64,000 nt of DNA from Eledone cirrhosa (GCA_964016885.1 OZ024742.1:322214001-322278000), one strand, 5' to 3'. Positions 13,965 through 27,703 are shown, numbered from the stretch's first letter. A program made the numbers and translations. Notes: generated from the sequence alone by a model not told the origin.

Positions 13965-14111
13965 ATTCCTTTCAACTAAACTGTATCCATTCAAATCTTT
14001 CTATTTTTCTCCGGATTACTTTTGGAACTATAACTGGAACCGTCGAGCAAACTCTACGTGAGCTGATAATCTACTATGTGTAATATTTATATTACAACAC
14101 AACGGAAAATA

Positions 14112-14152
<41 letters not shown>

Positions 14153-14166
14153 TATACATATACATG

Positions 14167-14297
<131 letters not shown>

Positions 14298-14304
14298 GTA
14301 TACG

Positions 14305-14336
<32 letters not shown>

Positions 14337-14416
14337 ATTATTTATATATATATATATATATATGTAAGTATGTATGTATACGTTCATACATATATGTATA
14401 CAGACGTACAGTAGCA

Positions 14417-14468
<52 letters not shown>

Positions 14469-14619
14469 CAGGTACACATATATATATATGTACGTATCAG
14501 TTTAGCGGACGTTTATTATAACGCCCGCTTTGTCCGTTTGTAAACAAGCGGACAGCCTGATTTATGCCGTACGGTGTTAAGGCAACCACGTCACCTTTTT
14601 GTTCAACACTGATACAGGA

Positions 14620-14662
14620 ACGATGTACTAGTTTCAAGCTTCTTAGCTATCATCAGCACCGT
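14620..14662 (-). ncRNA. Minimal hammerhead ribozyme
   Basis: ACGGUG CUGAUGA U AGCU AAGA AGCU U GAAA CUAG UA^CAUCGU. Confidence 0.85.
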
Positions 14663-14700
14663 ATACCCTTCTGCCAATTTCGTTTCATTATATTACAACT

Positions 14701-14782
<82 letters not shown>

Positions 14783-14784
14783 AA

Positions 14785-14995
14785 CGTTGTCAGTTCAATT
14801 CTCGGACCGGGTGATGTGTTGTTTCCTTGAGCAAGACACTTTATTTCACGTTGCTCCAGTTTACTCAGCTGTAGAAATGAGTACCTGCCCGCCCAGCCAA
14901 TGGGATGGCGTTATTTTATGGCTAAAACAGCACGAAGTGCTGTGACCAGCAGCGCCGATTGGCGCCCGACAGACTAGTCGGTCAAGCTGATCAAG
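14785..14995 (+). mobile_element. tRNA-derived SINE (family B, CORE/V-like domain), partial
   Basis: B box GTTCAATTC, then TCCTTGAGCAAGACACTTTATTTCACGTTGCTCCAG; related copies at 27583-27700 (-) and 44900-45140 (+). Confidence 0.7.
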
Positions 14996-14999
14996 GTGA

Positions 15000-15965
15000 T
15001 ATATCAAAGGTAAATATTAAAGCAAGATTCTATAATCATTCTTCTTCATTTAAATATCCACTTAAACCAGCACCGCTCTCTCAGAGCTTATTTGGTCCTT
15101 AAAAGACAAAAACATTAATTACGAAATTTCTTGGCGTAAAATCTACAACGCAACTCCATACTCCAATGCTTCCATATCTAGTGTTTGTAATTTATGTCTA
15201 GTTGAAAAATTTACCATTAACTCGAATTTCAACTCTATAATAAATAGAAGAAGAGATTTATTTGGTCTTTGCATCATAAATCCTTCCAGACCTTTCACAA
15301 AGTATATAGCTAATGTCTTATAACTTTTTCCACGAATAACGGTTAATTTTTTACACATATTTTTTTATATATATATTCTTTTTACATATATATATTTTTT
15401 TATATATTCTTTTACACATATTTCGTTATATTCTACAATGTATTAATTTAGTTTTCTCAGCATATTTTAAGCCTTTGACCTTTTTTCAATAGCCTTAAAT
15501 TTTCGCTCAAACCTTCGTAGATTTTGTAAACAAACTATGACGTCATGTGTTTTTTCAACGTTTATAAATCATTCTAGCAATTTCCTTTATTTACTTGTTG
15601 ATATTAAATAATAATTAAATAGTATACCCCACATATATGGACTTTTAATTAAAAAAAATTAATTTTGACATAGATAGACTATTTTTATTTTTTTATTTTA
15701 TTTTAATTTATTTTATATAAAAATCTTTTTTTATACTTATTTTAATTTAATTTTATTTTATTTTATTAATACATTTTTACACTTCTTAATCCAAGTTTTA
15801 GCATTTAAACCCAATATAAAATAATATACCCAGTTTCTATATTTTAGACCTCTAATATTTGAATACCATCTATAATATTCGCATATACACCTCATCAATT
15901 TACTTTTTAACCGTTATCTACAGCTGTTTTCATTTTGACAGCGTTCCTGATCAAAAGTCTCTCTC

Positions 15966-16024
<59 letters not shown>

Positions 16025-16597
16025 TTCTTTCTTTCTCTCTCTCTCTTTCTTTCTCTCTCTTCCTTCTTTCTCTCTCTTCCTTCTTTTTTCCTCTCCTCAC
16101 TTTCTTTTTCCTTTTTCTCCTTCTTCTTTTCTTTTTTTCTATTTTGCTATCTTTTTCTTACTATTATATTTTCTGTCATATGTAGGTTTTGCACTTTCCT
16201 GTAAACAAGTGTTTTTAGGCCTCATATCATGTTACCTTATTTTATCTGATGAGAACACAATTTTTGTCCCAGCATGATCTTGTTTTCGAAATGCGCATAA
16301 TAAAATATATGGAACTTCTTTAACCAACTTTTAATTTCTTCTTTAATATATACTCCAGTTGTACCAACTGTTGAGTGCTACTTATCTGATATATGCATAG
16401 TTTTATTGTTCTACAATATTACTCACCTTCTACATATATATATATTTTATTTCATTGTTTTAACTCATATCATGACTCTGTTTTCCTTTTAATGTTTTAT
16501 TGTTTTCTGAGATTTATCTTAACCTACAACATTTTCAACATATGGATTACATTGAGTTCTTCATACAGAATTGACCCCACAACTTACAGTGGATACC

Positions 16598-16600
<3 letters not shown>
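15000..16600 (+). pseudogene. Decayed PLE 3' portion: GIY-YIG C-terminus (15000-15290), AT-rich UTR, HHR, (TA)n junction
   Basis: Translates with frameshifts to KARFYNHSSSFK..STALSELIWSLKDKNINYEISW..CNLCLVEK..IINRRRDLF. Confidence 0.8.
16238..16307 (+). ncRNA. Hammerhead ribozyme (stem III UGCGCA family)
   Basis: UAUUUUAU CUGAUGA GAACACAA...UUGUUUUC GAAA UGCGCA UA^AUAAAAUA. Confidence 0.85.
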
Positions 16601-16657
<57 letters not shown>

Positions 16658-17585
16658 AACCAGTAAGACCCCGACAGCTGAGCTCAAGCCGTTTCGACGG
16701 CTAATTCTGGACTAAATGAAAATTTATCCTGGTATTTAAATAGCCGATCTTCTCAAGGGGTAATTCCATATATGGTCAAAGTGATTGTCAAAAATCAGTA
16801 GTAATTCTGAGGTTGCAAATTAGTAGGGGAGATGGTGGCTAAACCTGCCAGTAGGAGAAAGAGGGGAGGGGGTGGAGTAGACCCAATCAAGCGTTGGTAG
16901 TGCCAGCTACAGCTGGGCATGAGGTCAAAGAAGATACAGGGGAGGAGGAGGGGGAGGAAGTCGGAACGGTAGGTAGAACAATGGGGGGTAGAAATAGGAA
17001 AGAAAAAATACTGAGAGTGAAGAAAAGCAAATAAGTGTAAAGAAAAAAGTAAAGTAAATTAAATTCTACGACCTAGGTGTCAGGCTATTGTTAGGCGAGA
17101 ATAAAATAAAGAAAGAAAGAAAGAAGTAAATAAATAAATAAATAAATAAATAAGGAAATAAGTAAAAGAACTAGGTGGGACGGAATAGGCAAGGACCCTT
17201 TTAAGAGGTATAAGTACGTAAATGATACGGTGACGGGTCAACAAAAGAGGCCAAAATACTAAAGAGACTACCACGAAATAAACAATAAAGGTTTCCATCC
17301 CGGGCCAGCAACGGCCCAGTGCAGCAAAGTGAACTTGTACGAGATAGTAATTCTGAGTCCCAAACCGATATTGAGGCAACTGCCAGAAACCAAGACAGCT
17401 TTTGGTGAAACTGTTTCGCGACCTCAGCGAAGAGAATCACCAACTCCTTCGTTAATCAGTGGGTGCTATTTTTAGTAGTATACGTTTATGAGATACGCTA
17501 GGTTCTGATGCCATGTGCGTTATTTTATATACACACACTATTCAGTCTTCTGAGATACTTAGAAGTGAAGACTTTACTAATTTTA

Positions 17586-17663
17586 CACCCACTGATGAGT
17601 GAAGGAGTTAGTGATTCTCTTCGCTGAGGTTGCGAAACAGTTTCACCAAAAGCTCTCTGGGTG
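17586..17663 (+). ncRNA. Hammerhead with conventional (non-palindromic) stem III; degenerate inverted copy at 17388-17465
   Basis: CACCCA CUGAUGA GUGA...UUGC GAAA CAGUUU cacca AAAGCUC UC^UGGGUG. The inverted copy restores the stem III C-G pair but has core CUGAUUA. Confidence 0.7.
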
Positions 17664-17862
17664 TCTGGCAGTTGCCCCAATATCGGTTTGTATTTATTTT
17701 CTTGATTTATTCTTTTAAATTGAGTCTGGCAAACACTATTGTTCATAGTTGGTATTTTTTCACCCTAGCGAATCTGGTCCCCTACGAGTTGAACACATAT
17801 ATGTATATATCTGTGTTTATCTCTCTTTTATTTTCAATTATATATATATATATATATATATA

Positions 17863-18369
17863 TTGATTAGTTAAGCAAAACAAGACCACAAATTTCACAA
17901 GGAAGACATTATTAAAAGATTGTCAACATATTTTAGTTTGGTGTAAGGAATGTAGAGAATAATAATAATAATATTAATAATAATAATTGTTTCTACTTTT
18001 GGCACAAGGCCAGCAATTATCCCAGTGTATTACTGGTACTTTATAATGTCCGTTTACAATTATTATTATTATTAATATTATTATTATTATTCTCTTCATT
18101 CCTTACATCAAACTAAAATATGTTGACAATCTTTTAATAATGTCTTCCTTGTGAAATTTGTGGTCTTGTTTTGCTTAACTAATCAATATTTCCAGCTCTG
18201 TGCACCTAACCTCTGCATGAACCCAGCCATCTAGCTGCCTTCCACTGCATATTGCACATTGAGCACATGCCTTTACGCTTTGGCTTCTAACTAATTCACC
18301 AATCTCTCCTCTCCTATCTCCTCTCCTACCTCCATCTATCTCTTTAAGATTGGTTACTCTTGAACTGTG
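17863..18369. mobile_element. Inverted two-arm PLE-terminus insertion (same family as 3780-4229) with a SINE A fragment inside
   Basis: 17863-17985 is the reverse complement of 18061-18187; the right arm extends ~180 nt further. Confidence 0.8.
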
Positions 18370-18532
18370 TATATATATATGGGAAGGAGTGTGTGTATAT
18401 GGGAATATATATATATATATTATTTGTTTGTTAAAATAATATTTGTTTGCTAAAATAATTAAATTAAATTAATTCACCAGTTAAACACGCATAGGTATAA
18501 AAAGGCTGTTACCAAAGGGCCAGAAGATTGAC

Positions 18533-18984
18533 AAGTCGACCCTCAATATTGCTAATAGCTCTAGGAAAGCCATGAACGACAACACAACTTTTTAACTTTG
18601 ATTTTGAAAGTAGGTTTATAATTATTAATTTTAAGTATTCTTTTGTAGCTATCTCGGCGGCCTAGTTGGAGGAATTATAGACGCTAGTGATCCTGGTCGG
18701 AAGTTCGATTCTGGTCGGGAGTAGGGTTCCCGGTAAACCTTTTCAGTTTTTTCTATTGGTTGTAAAATAAAAACTGAAGAAGATTACATGTACCTCTTGA
18801 CCGGGATTGAACCCAATACCATGATCTCCACCGTCTCTAGTACCTACCGCTTGTCCACTGAGACAGCTACGCAAATCTTATGGAAATTCATACTTATAAA
18901 CCTACTTTCAAAATTTTCAAAACAAAATGATGTCGTGCCGTTCATAACTTTCTTAATGGTATTGCTCCTACTTAAGGTCGACTT
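18533..18984. mobile_element. Foldback/MITE-like element with long diverged inverted arms, each holding an inward-facing tRNA-like cassette
   Basis: Termini AAGTCGACC / GGTCGACTT; shared TTTTGAAAGTAGGTTTATAA; A and B boxes in both arms. Confidence 0.65.
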
Positions 18985-19234
18985 CTAACTCATTTGGGTG
19001 TTCCATAAACTACATCCTCGTTTTGTTTCTCATCTATCTGGACTATATTTTAAGCTGTAATCCATGTTTCATTTCTGTTGCACCTCATCCCCCCCCCCTC
19101 TCTCTCTTTCTCTCTGTGATATTTAAATCTACTATGATTTGGACTTACTTTATTCATATATATATGTTTTTGCTGTCAGATTCAAACTTACAATGATTGG
19201 CAATATATATATATTTCAATTGCTTAAAAACCTA

Positions 19235-19892
19235 AAGTTAACATTACTCTTGGAACCTCAGAAGGGTCTGCACATAGCCACTTGTCATTTCTTCTGGTAG
19301 TTTTCTGGTCCTGGTCAAAGTTTTTCTCATCTGAGAAAAACCAAATGACATCATCTGCTGTTGGATTTTTAAGTTTGTTCAAAAGTCTTTGGGATCTGAT
19401 TAAACTGTTTTCTTTTGTTTTTTTCTGACATGAATTGACCTCTCCTCACCACGTAAGATTTGTATGTGATGTCTTCATGCACAACATTTCTGATTGTTTT
19501 TTTTCTGATACACAAAAATCTTTTGCAATTGACCTCATTGATTTTCCTGGATTGTCATCAATGTTTTGCTTAACTTCCTGAATAAATTCAGGTGCCCTGT
19601 TAGAATCAAAGTGTTTGGAAAGATTTTACGTTTTGATACAGGTAATACGCTTCCATCTTTCTCTAACTCACACCAAATCTTGTGGACAAAAGATCTTGCA
19701 ACTTTCAGAAAACGAGAAATTTCTATACACCCATGCTTAGCCTTCAAAGCCACAATTACAACATGCCTTTTCATTTCATTAGTAAGCATAATTATTTTCA
19801 TTGTTATTTTTTGAAATAGAAGTTCAATAAAAATTAGTCAAATAAAATAATGACTAAAAATGCATGTCACCTCAAATACAGTCCGCACCCTG
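19235..19892 (-). pseudogene. Tc1/mariner-superfamily (maT-like) transposase 5' relic with left TIR
   Basis: TA|CAGGGTGCGGAC terminus; HTH MKRHVVIVALK..EISRFLKVARSFVHK; WFFSDEKNFDQDQK..NDKW. Confidence 0.8.
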
Positions 19893-19934
19893 TATATAAG
19901 CGTATATATATATATATTTTTGTAAGTGCATCTT

Positions 19935-20005
<71 letters not shown>

Positions 20006-20136
20006 GTGAGGTTTTTTTTACAAAATGAAAAATAACCGAGGTGTCCTACACGAGTGAAAGTATAAAGAAAAAGAGATGAAATCGAAAATGCAACTGGAGT
20101 CTTATTTTTTTTTTAAATATATATATTTATTTGGTT

Positions 20137-20174
20137 CCTTTACCGGTTTCGCAGTTCTTCTGCTTTTCAAAAGG
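20137..20174 (-). ncRNA. Minimal hammerhead, U3-A8 variant
   Basis: CCUU UUGAAAA GCAG AAGAA CUGC GAAA CCGG UA^AAGG; further copies at 24171-24208 (-) and 24274-24308 (+). Confidence 0.75.
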
Positions 20175-20822
20175 TGAGTTGAGATGGAGGGTCTGTGGTT
20201 TTTCTCACATCTGGTTGGTCTCTGAATGTTACTTGTTTTATATGGAAAAAGTGGCTCGAAATGCCAGGTTTTTCGAGAAGTAATTTGATTGGTTTGTCAA
20301 TAATTATAATAAATTTCGCGCCAGTTCGCGTTACAATAGTTCTTCAAATAAGGGGGGGGGGGTTGTCACAGGTTGTTTTTTTCATATATGAGTGTTTGAA
20401 TTTCTTTTTACTTGAAAAAAGGGGCTCACGAAGGCTTTTTTTTGGTTGGTTATAAATGAAATTATGGCTGTCACGTGAACAAGTTTTCATTAAATTTTCG
20501 TGCCCTTATTTGGAAATCCATTCTGTAGCCTTTATATATTCCATGTATAAATGGAATAGAATGAAACAAAATTTCATTTCATTTCTCACTCTTAGTACGG
20601 CACGTTCCTGTGTCAGTGTTGAACAAAAAGGTGACGTGGTTGCCTAAACACTGAACGGCGTAATTCGGGCTGTTTGTTTGTTTACAAACAAACAAACCGA
20701 GCATTATAATAAATTTTCGGTAAACCGATACATGCATATATATATGTGTGCATGTATGTATATATATACATACTACTGTACGTCTGTATACATATATGTA
20801 TGTACGTATACATACATACATA

Positions 20823-20957
<135 letters not shown>

Positions 20958-21003
20958 CACATAAGAAACGGAGAATCAGTATTGCGACGAATAAAATTTA
21001 TTT

Positions 21004-21098
21004 GACATATTACAATCGTTTCTCTGGCAACCAGCTCGAGGCACGATCGATGTAATGATCGAACCTGACTCTGAAATCGCAAGGTCCTCAGATATGTC
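21004..21098 (-). ncRNA. Hammerhead with multibranched stem II
   Basis: GACAUAU CUGAGGA ... GAAA CGAUUG UA^AUAUGUC AAAUAAA. Confidence 0.75.
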
Positions 21099-21142
21099 TC
21101 GATTCTACGAAGCACATTTGTAAACTCTGCTTCGTAAATCGA

Positions 21143-21237
21143 GACATATCTGAGGACCTTTCGATTTCAGAGTCAGGTTCGATCATTACGTCGATCGTGC
21201 CTCGAGCTGGTTGCCAGAGAAACGATTGTAATATGTC
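21143..21237 (+). ncRNA. Hammerhead with multibranched stem II (inverted twin)
   Basis: Same as 21004-21098; 7-bp stem I. Confidence 0.75.
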
Positions 21238-21411
21238 AAATAAATCTTATTCGTCGCAACACTGATTCTCCGTTTCTTATGTGATATCATACTCTGCTCT
21301 GTAAGAGCATCGAGTGCTCAAACGGCCTACCGCATACGGACGCTTTAAGCATCCCACACAAATTATATATATATATAAGTGTATTTATATATACATATAT
21401 ATATATAAGTG

Positions 21412-21467
<56 letters not shown>

Positions 21468-21473
21468 TGTATT

Positions 21474-21505
<32 letters not shown>

Positions 21506-21539
21506 TATATATATATATATATATATATATAAGTGTATT

Positions 21540-21571
<32 letters not shown>

Positions 21572-21660
21572 TATATATATATATTTATATATATATATAT
21601 TTATATATATATATATATATACATTTATATATATATTTATATATATATATATTTATATAT

Positions 21661-22219
21661 GTATTTGGGAGCAAAGATTGGGAATACGGAAGATGATGTG
21701 GTTGAGAGGAAGAGCAAGGCCTGGGCGGCGTGTCACAGCTTGAGATCGGTGTGGAAGTCGGACCTTCGTAGAGATCTGAAAATCCGCCTCTTCATTGCTG
21801 TAGTGGAGTCTGTGCTGCTGTATGGGTCTGAGACTTGGACACTGACCAAGAGACTCACTCAGATGGTGGATGGGTGCTACACGAGAATGCTGAGGATGGC
21901 TCTGAACATTAATCAGTATACACTGAGGATGAAAAACTCAGAGCTGTATGGGAGCCTCCCAAAAGTAAGCTCAAAAGTGACACAGAGGAGACTGAGGTTA
22001 GCTGGACATGCTCACCGACATCCAGAGTTGACGTTGCACTCAGTGCTCCTTTGGGAGCTCCTACATGGACACACTAGAAGAGGAAGGCCAAGGTTAACTT
22101 ATGTTGATGCCCTAAGGACAGACACTGGTATGTTGGAACGCAGGACATGGCGGCGATAATGAGGGACAGAGACCGCTGGAGAGAACTCGTTCATGGATCT
22201 CGGGAATTTTACCCGCCTT

Positions 22220-22221
<2 letters not shown>
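21661..22221 (+). pseudogene. RTE-clade LINE 3' fragment
   Basis: YLG..KAWAA..VWKS..KIRLF..VESVLLYGSETW..RMLR..RLRLAGH..RGRPRLTYVD. Confidence 0.85.
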
Positions 22222-22274
<53 letters not shown>

Positions 22275-22297
<23 letters not shown>

Positions 22298-24078
22298 CTT
22301 AAGGAACATATGTTCAAATTTAATGGAAAAACATATGCCCAAGAGGAGGGACCAGCCATTGGTGTTAGCATTTCAGGTGACATAGCTAACCTATTCATGG
22401 TATGGTGGGACAATAGACTCAAACTTAAACTTAAAGAACAATTAGAAGACAGCAACCTCTTAACCCTGATAATGTACTCCCGCTACGTTGATGATATAAA
22501 CATCGTAGTAAAAACACCCCCACAAGAGAACAGTCAGGAATTAGAGAAAAACACCATGGAAAGCATCCAGCAAATAGCTAACTCCATCCACCAGAGTATT
22601 AGAGTTACTATAGACTACCCAAGCAAACACCCCAACCATCGGTTATCTGTACTAGACACAGAGCTCTGGTTAGATACCATTAATAACAAAAAACAAATTC
22701 CCCATTCCCATTATCCCAAACCATGACTTCCAAATATCTGATCCACCGAAACTCAGCTGTTTCGGACCATACCAAAATCAACATACTGATTGCGGATTTG
22801 GTACGGGTGATGAGAAACGTGTCCCGCATGTGCAACCCCAAAGAACTAGAGAGACACATACAACACTTCATCCACCGTATGCAGTTTTCTGGTTACAATC
22901 AGAGAGATAAAATCAGAGTATATAGAGGAGCCAGAACCAAATGGGAAAAAATGGTAAATAATGATACAAATAGGACCTTCCCCTTGTATAGGAGCAAATT
23001 TTGGAATAGAATAGAAAGAACTAGGAATAAGGTTAATAGAATAAACTCATGGTATGATAGCAATAAATACCAGAGTGTAATGTTCATCGATACAACCCCT
23101 AGAGGTGAATTAGCTTACCAATTTTCAAGGGCCCTAGATAAACATAAACTCAATATTAAGATAGTAGAAAGACCAGGTACCTCCATAAAAACACTTATTT
23201 GCAATACATACCCTTTTCAAAGACCTCCCTGTATAGATAAGAAATGTATAATCTGTAAACTAAGCCCCCATATTAACTGTAAAACTAGAAATGTAGTATA
23301 TAGGATAAGATGTACTGAAGGACAATGTAGAGATAAGAATAGAGTGTACATAGGTGAGACAGCTCGTAGTATAGGAGAACGGATAAATGAACACTGGCGA
23401 GAACTTCAAGATAGTAAAGAATCATCTGTAATCCACCAACATGCTAAAATAGAACATAAGGGTAAATTAGAGAACATAGAAATAAAAATAGAATCTACAC
23501 ACAGAAAAGACGCAATGTTTAGACAAATCACAGAGGCAATAAACATAAATGAATTACAACCAAAATTAAATAGAAAACATGAGTGGAACAGCAACATCAC
23601 AACTTACAATTAAGGACAAAATGAACACACACACACACATAGAACAAACAACCAACCAGTAACATGTAAATAAACAAATAAATAAACGAATATAAACACA
23701 CACAGACACCCGGATGTAACACATGCGCAAACTAAGCACACAACACACACACAAAAACAAGATGGCGTAGGACAGAACAAAGGAGAGGCACAAAAACAAA
23801 GAAAAGAATCCCCAGTCACTGAAGAGGTCACAGAATGTGTGACGAAAGAACTTTGACAATATATGAACAATCGTCTAGTTGTGGAACCAACCAACCAACC
23901 AACCGGAAATTTATAAATTCCTAAATTTATAAATTTAATTTATAATAAATAGAAGTGGAAGCAACTGGTGTGTGTGTTTCTTATTGGCAACATGACCCTC
24001 CCAAAGCATAACAATATCGGTTTCAACACACGTTTTCAGATAAAGAATCTTGCTAAACAAATTCAGAAACGAAATAAA
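22275..24078 (+). pseudogene. 5'-truncated PLE of a second clade (Neptune-like): RT C-half + GIY-YIG with one frameshift (~22723), pLTR with HHR
   Basis: FKFNGKTYAQEEGPAIG, RYVDD, VLDTEL, KPMTS..SA..K, C-x4-C-x2-C..C, VVY..YIGET.R...R..EH, ITEA, LNRKHEW. Confidence 0.9.
23815..23857 (+). ncRNA. Minimal hammerhead in PLE pLTR
   Basis: GUCA CUGAAGA G GUCACA GAAUG UGUGAC GAAA GAAC UU^UGAC; identical copy at 29558-29600 (-). Confidence 0.7.
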
Positions 24079-24098
24079 TATATATATATATATATATA

Positions 24099-24623
<525 letters not shown>

Positions 24624-24931
24624 TGTGTGAGTGTGTATATATGTAAACAAACAAACAGCCTGAGCATTATAATAAATGTTCGGGCTGTTTGTTTGTTTAC
24701 GTATATACATACTACTGTACCTCTGTATACATATATGTATGTACGTATACATTTAAGTAAGTGCCGTACTAAGAGTGAGAAATGAAATTTCGTTTCATTC
24801 TATTCCATTTATCGTTTTCGGTGTGCCCGGCCGACTGAACTCACTCGATATGCAAATTAGGCTGCTCAGCCGTTAATATGCATAAGGAAAGTATATACTT
24901 TCAGACGTTCAACCATCTGGCAGGAAGGTAT

Positions 24932-24974
24932 ACAATGCTGACGATAGCTAATAAGCTTGAAACTAGTATATCGT
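24932..24974 (+). ncRNA. Minimal hammerhead (same family as 14620)
   Basis: ACAAUG CUGACGA U AGCU AAUA AGCU U GAAA CUAG UA^UAUCGU. Confidence 0.8.
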
Positions 24975-25750
24975 TCCTGTGTCAGTGTTGAACAAAAAGG
25001 TGACGTGGTTGCCTAAACAATGTACGGCGTAACTTGGGCTGTTTGTTTGTTTACAAACAAACAAACCGAGCATTATAATAAATGTTCGGTAAACCGATAC
25101 GGGCATATATATATGTGTGCATGTATGTATATATATACATATAACTGTACGTCTGTATACATATATGTATGTACGTATACATACATACATACTTATATAT
25201 ATATATATATATATATATATTGGTAAATGGAAAAGTAAATGCTGACAAATTGTTCACAGTGAAAGATAGTTTAATTAGGAATAAGTGAGAATTAGTAATA
25301 GTATTGGTTAGTATTCAGTTTTGGTTTTAAGTTTTACCGGTTGCGAATTTCTAATGCTTTTCAAAAATAATTTTGAGATAGAGCGTCCGTGATGTTTGCT
25401 CTGATCTGATTAGTTTTGGCAATTCTACCTGTTTTTATGTTAAAAAAGTGGCTCCAGCGGTATTAAAATAAGTTTTGCGCCAATTCGTGTTGCAAAAATT
25501 CTTGTGGTCAAAACAATTTTGATTGGTCGGTAGAGGTCATGTGAATGTTAAAAATTGATTTTGCGCCGCCAAATGTAGGTTTGTGTCGGCTGATTGAGAA
25601 GTCACTGAGATATAAGTCTTTCAAAACAAATATGTGTGTGTATGTGTGTAGTAGTAGTAGTAGTAGTAAAGAGGTTCGTTGTTGTGATAATGGTCAGCAG
25701 GGATGTGTGTGCGAACCGCAACCTGTTGACAGTTCAAATGCCTATTAAGA

Positions 25751-25865
<115 letters not shown>

Positions 25866-25916
25866 TGTGTAGCAGAGTAATTCGTGGTAGAGGGATGGTC
25901 AGTAGGAATGTCTGTA

Positions 25917-25957
<41 letters not shown>

Positions 25958-25963
<6 letters not shown>

Positions 25964-26587
25964 AACATGTCTATAGAATCACCAGATAAAATATATACCA
26001 TTTCCTCTCCCAATTAGCATAATTAACCATATAAAAAATCGATTAGACCAAGCTATAAGAATAAAGGCTTCTATGAAGAAATCTCCGAAAAATAACCGAA
26101 AGCAGCCCTTCGCGCCGGCTGCGACACGATTCTTAGCCATTTTTTAATGTATTCTTGGCGCGATCACTTTTGAAAATTTATTGTCTAAATTTGAGCTAAC
26201 TTCCTGAAGAGTCCGGTGCTCTAGACGCCCGATGCTATCGGATATCTTAAAATGCGGACGAAACCATGGTAGAGGTAACTAAATATGTTCACTTTTCTCC
26301 TAGTTTATTTTACACCTAACTCTGTTTAGTTGACTATATCTGGGCGATTTGTACACGCTGTCGAAATACTCGATAAATGGTGCGTCGCAGCCGGCGCGAA
26401 GGGCTGCTTTCGGTTATTTGTCGGCGATTTCTTCATAGAAGCCTTTATTGGTCTAATCGATTTTTTATATGGTTAATTATGCTAGTTGGGAGAGGAAATG
26501 GTATATATTTTATCATGTTTTATGATATATAGCTCTGATTATTTAATTTATTAACTCTTCATTGAGCCACAAAGTGACCCGTTGCAA

Positions 26588-26590
<3 letters not shown>
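25958..26590. mobile_element. Inverted two-arm PLE-terminus insertion
   Basis: 25958-26126 is inverted to 26384-26525; the HHR lies in the spacer on the plus arm. Confidence 0.8.
26199..26276 (+). ncRNA. Hammerhead ribozyme, stem III CCAUGG
   Basis: ACUUC CUGAAGA GUCCG...CGGAC GAAA CCAUGG UA^GAGGU. Confidence 0.85.
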
Positions 26591-26633
<43 letters not shown>

Positions 26634-26635
26634 GC

Positions 26636-26696
<61 letters not shown>

Positions 26697-26994
26697 CTTC
26701 ATATATATATATAATATATAGAATGAAACGAAATTTCATTTCTCACTCTTAGTACGGCACTTACTTAAATGTAAGTATGTATCTATACGTACATACATAT
26801 ATGTATACAGACGTACAGTACCATCTATATATATACATACAGGTACACATATATATATGCACGTATCAGTTTACCGAACATTTATTATAATGCCCGAGCA
26901 TGCATATCTTGTTGCTGCGTAATATATCTAGTTGTTAAGTATATCTAGTTATATACTATATACTATATTGTTGTTGTTTAGTAATCTAGTTATA

Positions 26995-27181
26995 TAATTG
27001 TTTCTACTTTAGGCACAAGGCCAGCAATTATCCCAGTTCATTACTGGTACTTTATTTTATCGACCCCGTAAGGATGAAAGGTAAAGTCAACCTCGGCGGG
27101 ATTTGAACTCAGATCGTAAAGGGACGTAACTATGCTGGAAAGCATGGCGTCCGACCCTCTACCGATACTGCCAATCCACCC
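26995..27181 (-). mobile_element. SINE family A
   Basis: Reverse complement of 3588-3775. Confidence 0.85.
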
Positions 27182-27231
27182 GATCGTTAGGAATATATAC
27201 TTAAGTGTATGTATATATATATATATATACT

Positions 27232-27468
<237 letters not shown>

Positions 27469-27582
27469 CACTTAAGTATATATTCCTAACGATCGACCTT
27501 CGTCAAATCGGACCGAGGAAACAGTGTTTCCATTGGTCTTTCCAATTGCTAATACTATCTATCGGTCGCAACTCCAGGTAGA

Positions 27583-27700
27583 AGGAGCAACGTGAAATAA
27601 AGTGTCTTGCTCAAGGACATAACGCACCGCTCCAGGAATCGAACTCACAACCTCACGATTGCGAATCCACTTCTCTAACCACTCAGCCACACGCCTTCAC
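27583..27700 (-). mobile_element. SINE family B
   Basis: A box GTGGCTGAGTGG, B box GAGTTCGATTCC on the minus strand. Confidence 0.75.
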
Positions 27701-27703
27701 TAA

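Larger units (their letters stand above)
11190..14116 (+). mobile_element. 5'-truncated inverted copy of the same PLE
   Basis: Starts in-ORF at D-H-K-V-N-F; near-identical to 7488-10301; ends in (TA)n ~113 nt further along the pLTR than the other arm. Confidence 0.95.

Noticed and set aside
7488-14116. Inverted duplication as a pure assembly or foldback-read artefact
   Set aside because: The arms carry distinct substitutions, different termini and a microhomology junction, and the same asymmetry recurs in older families. Long-read confirmation is still desirable.
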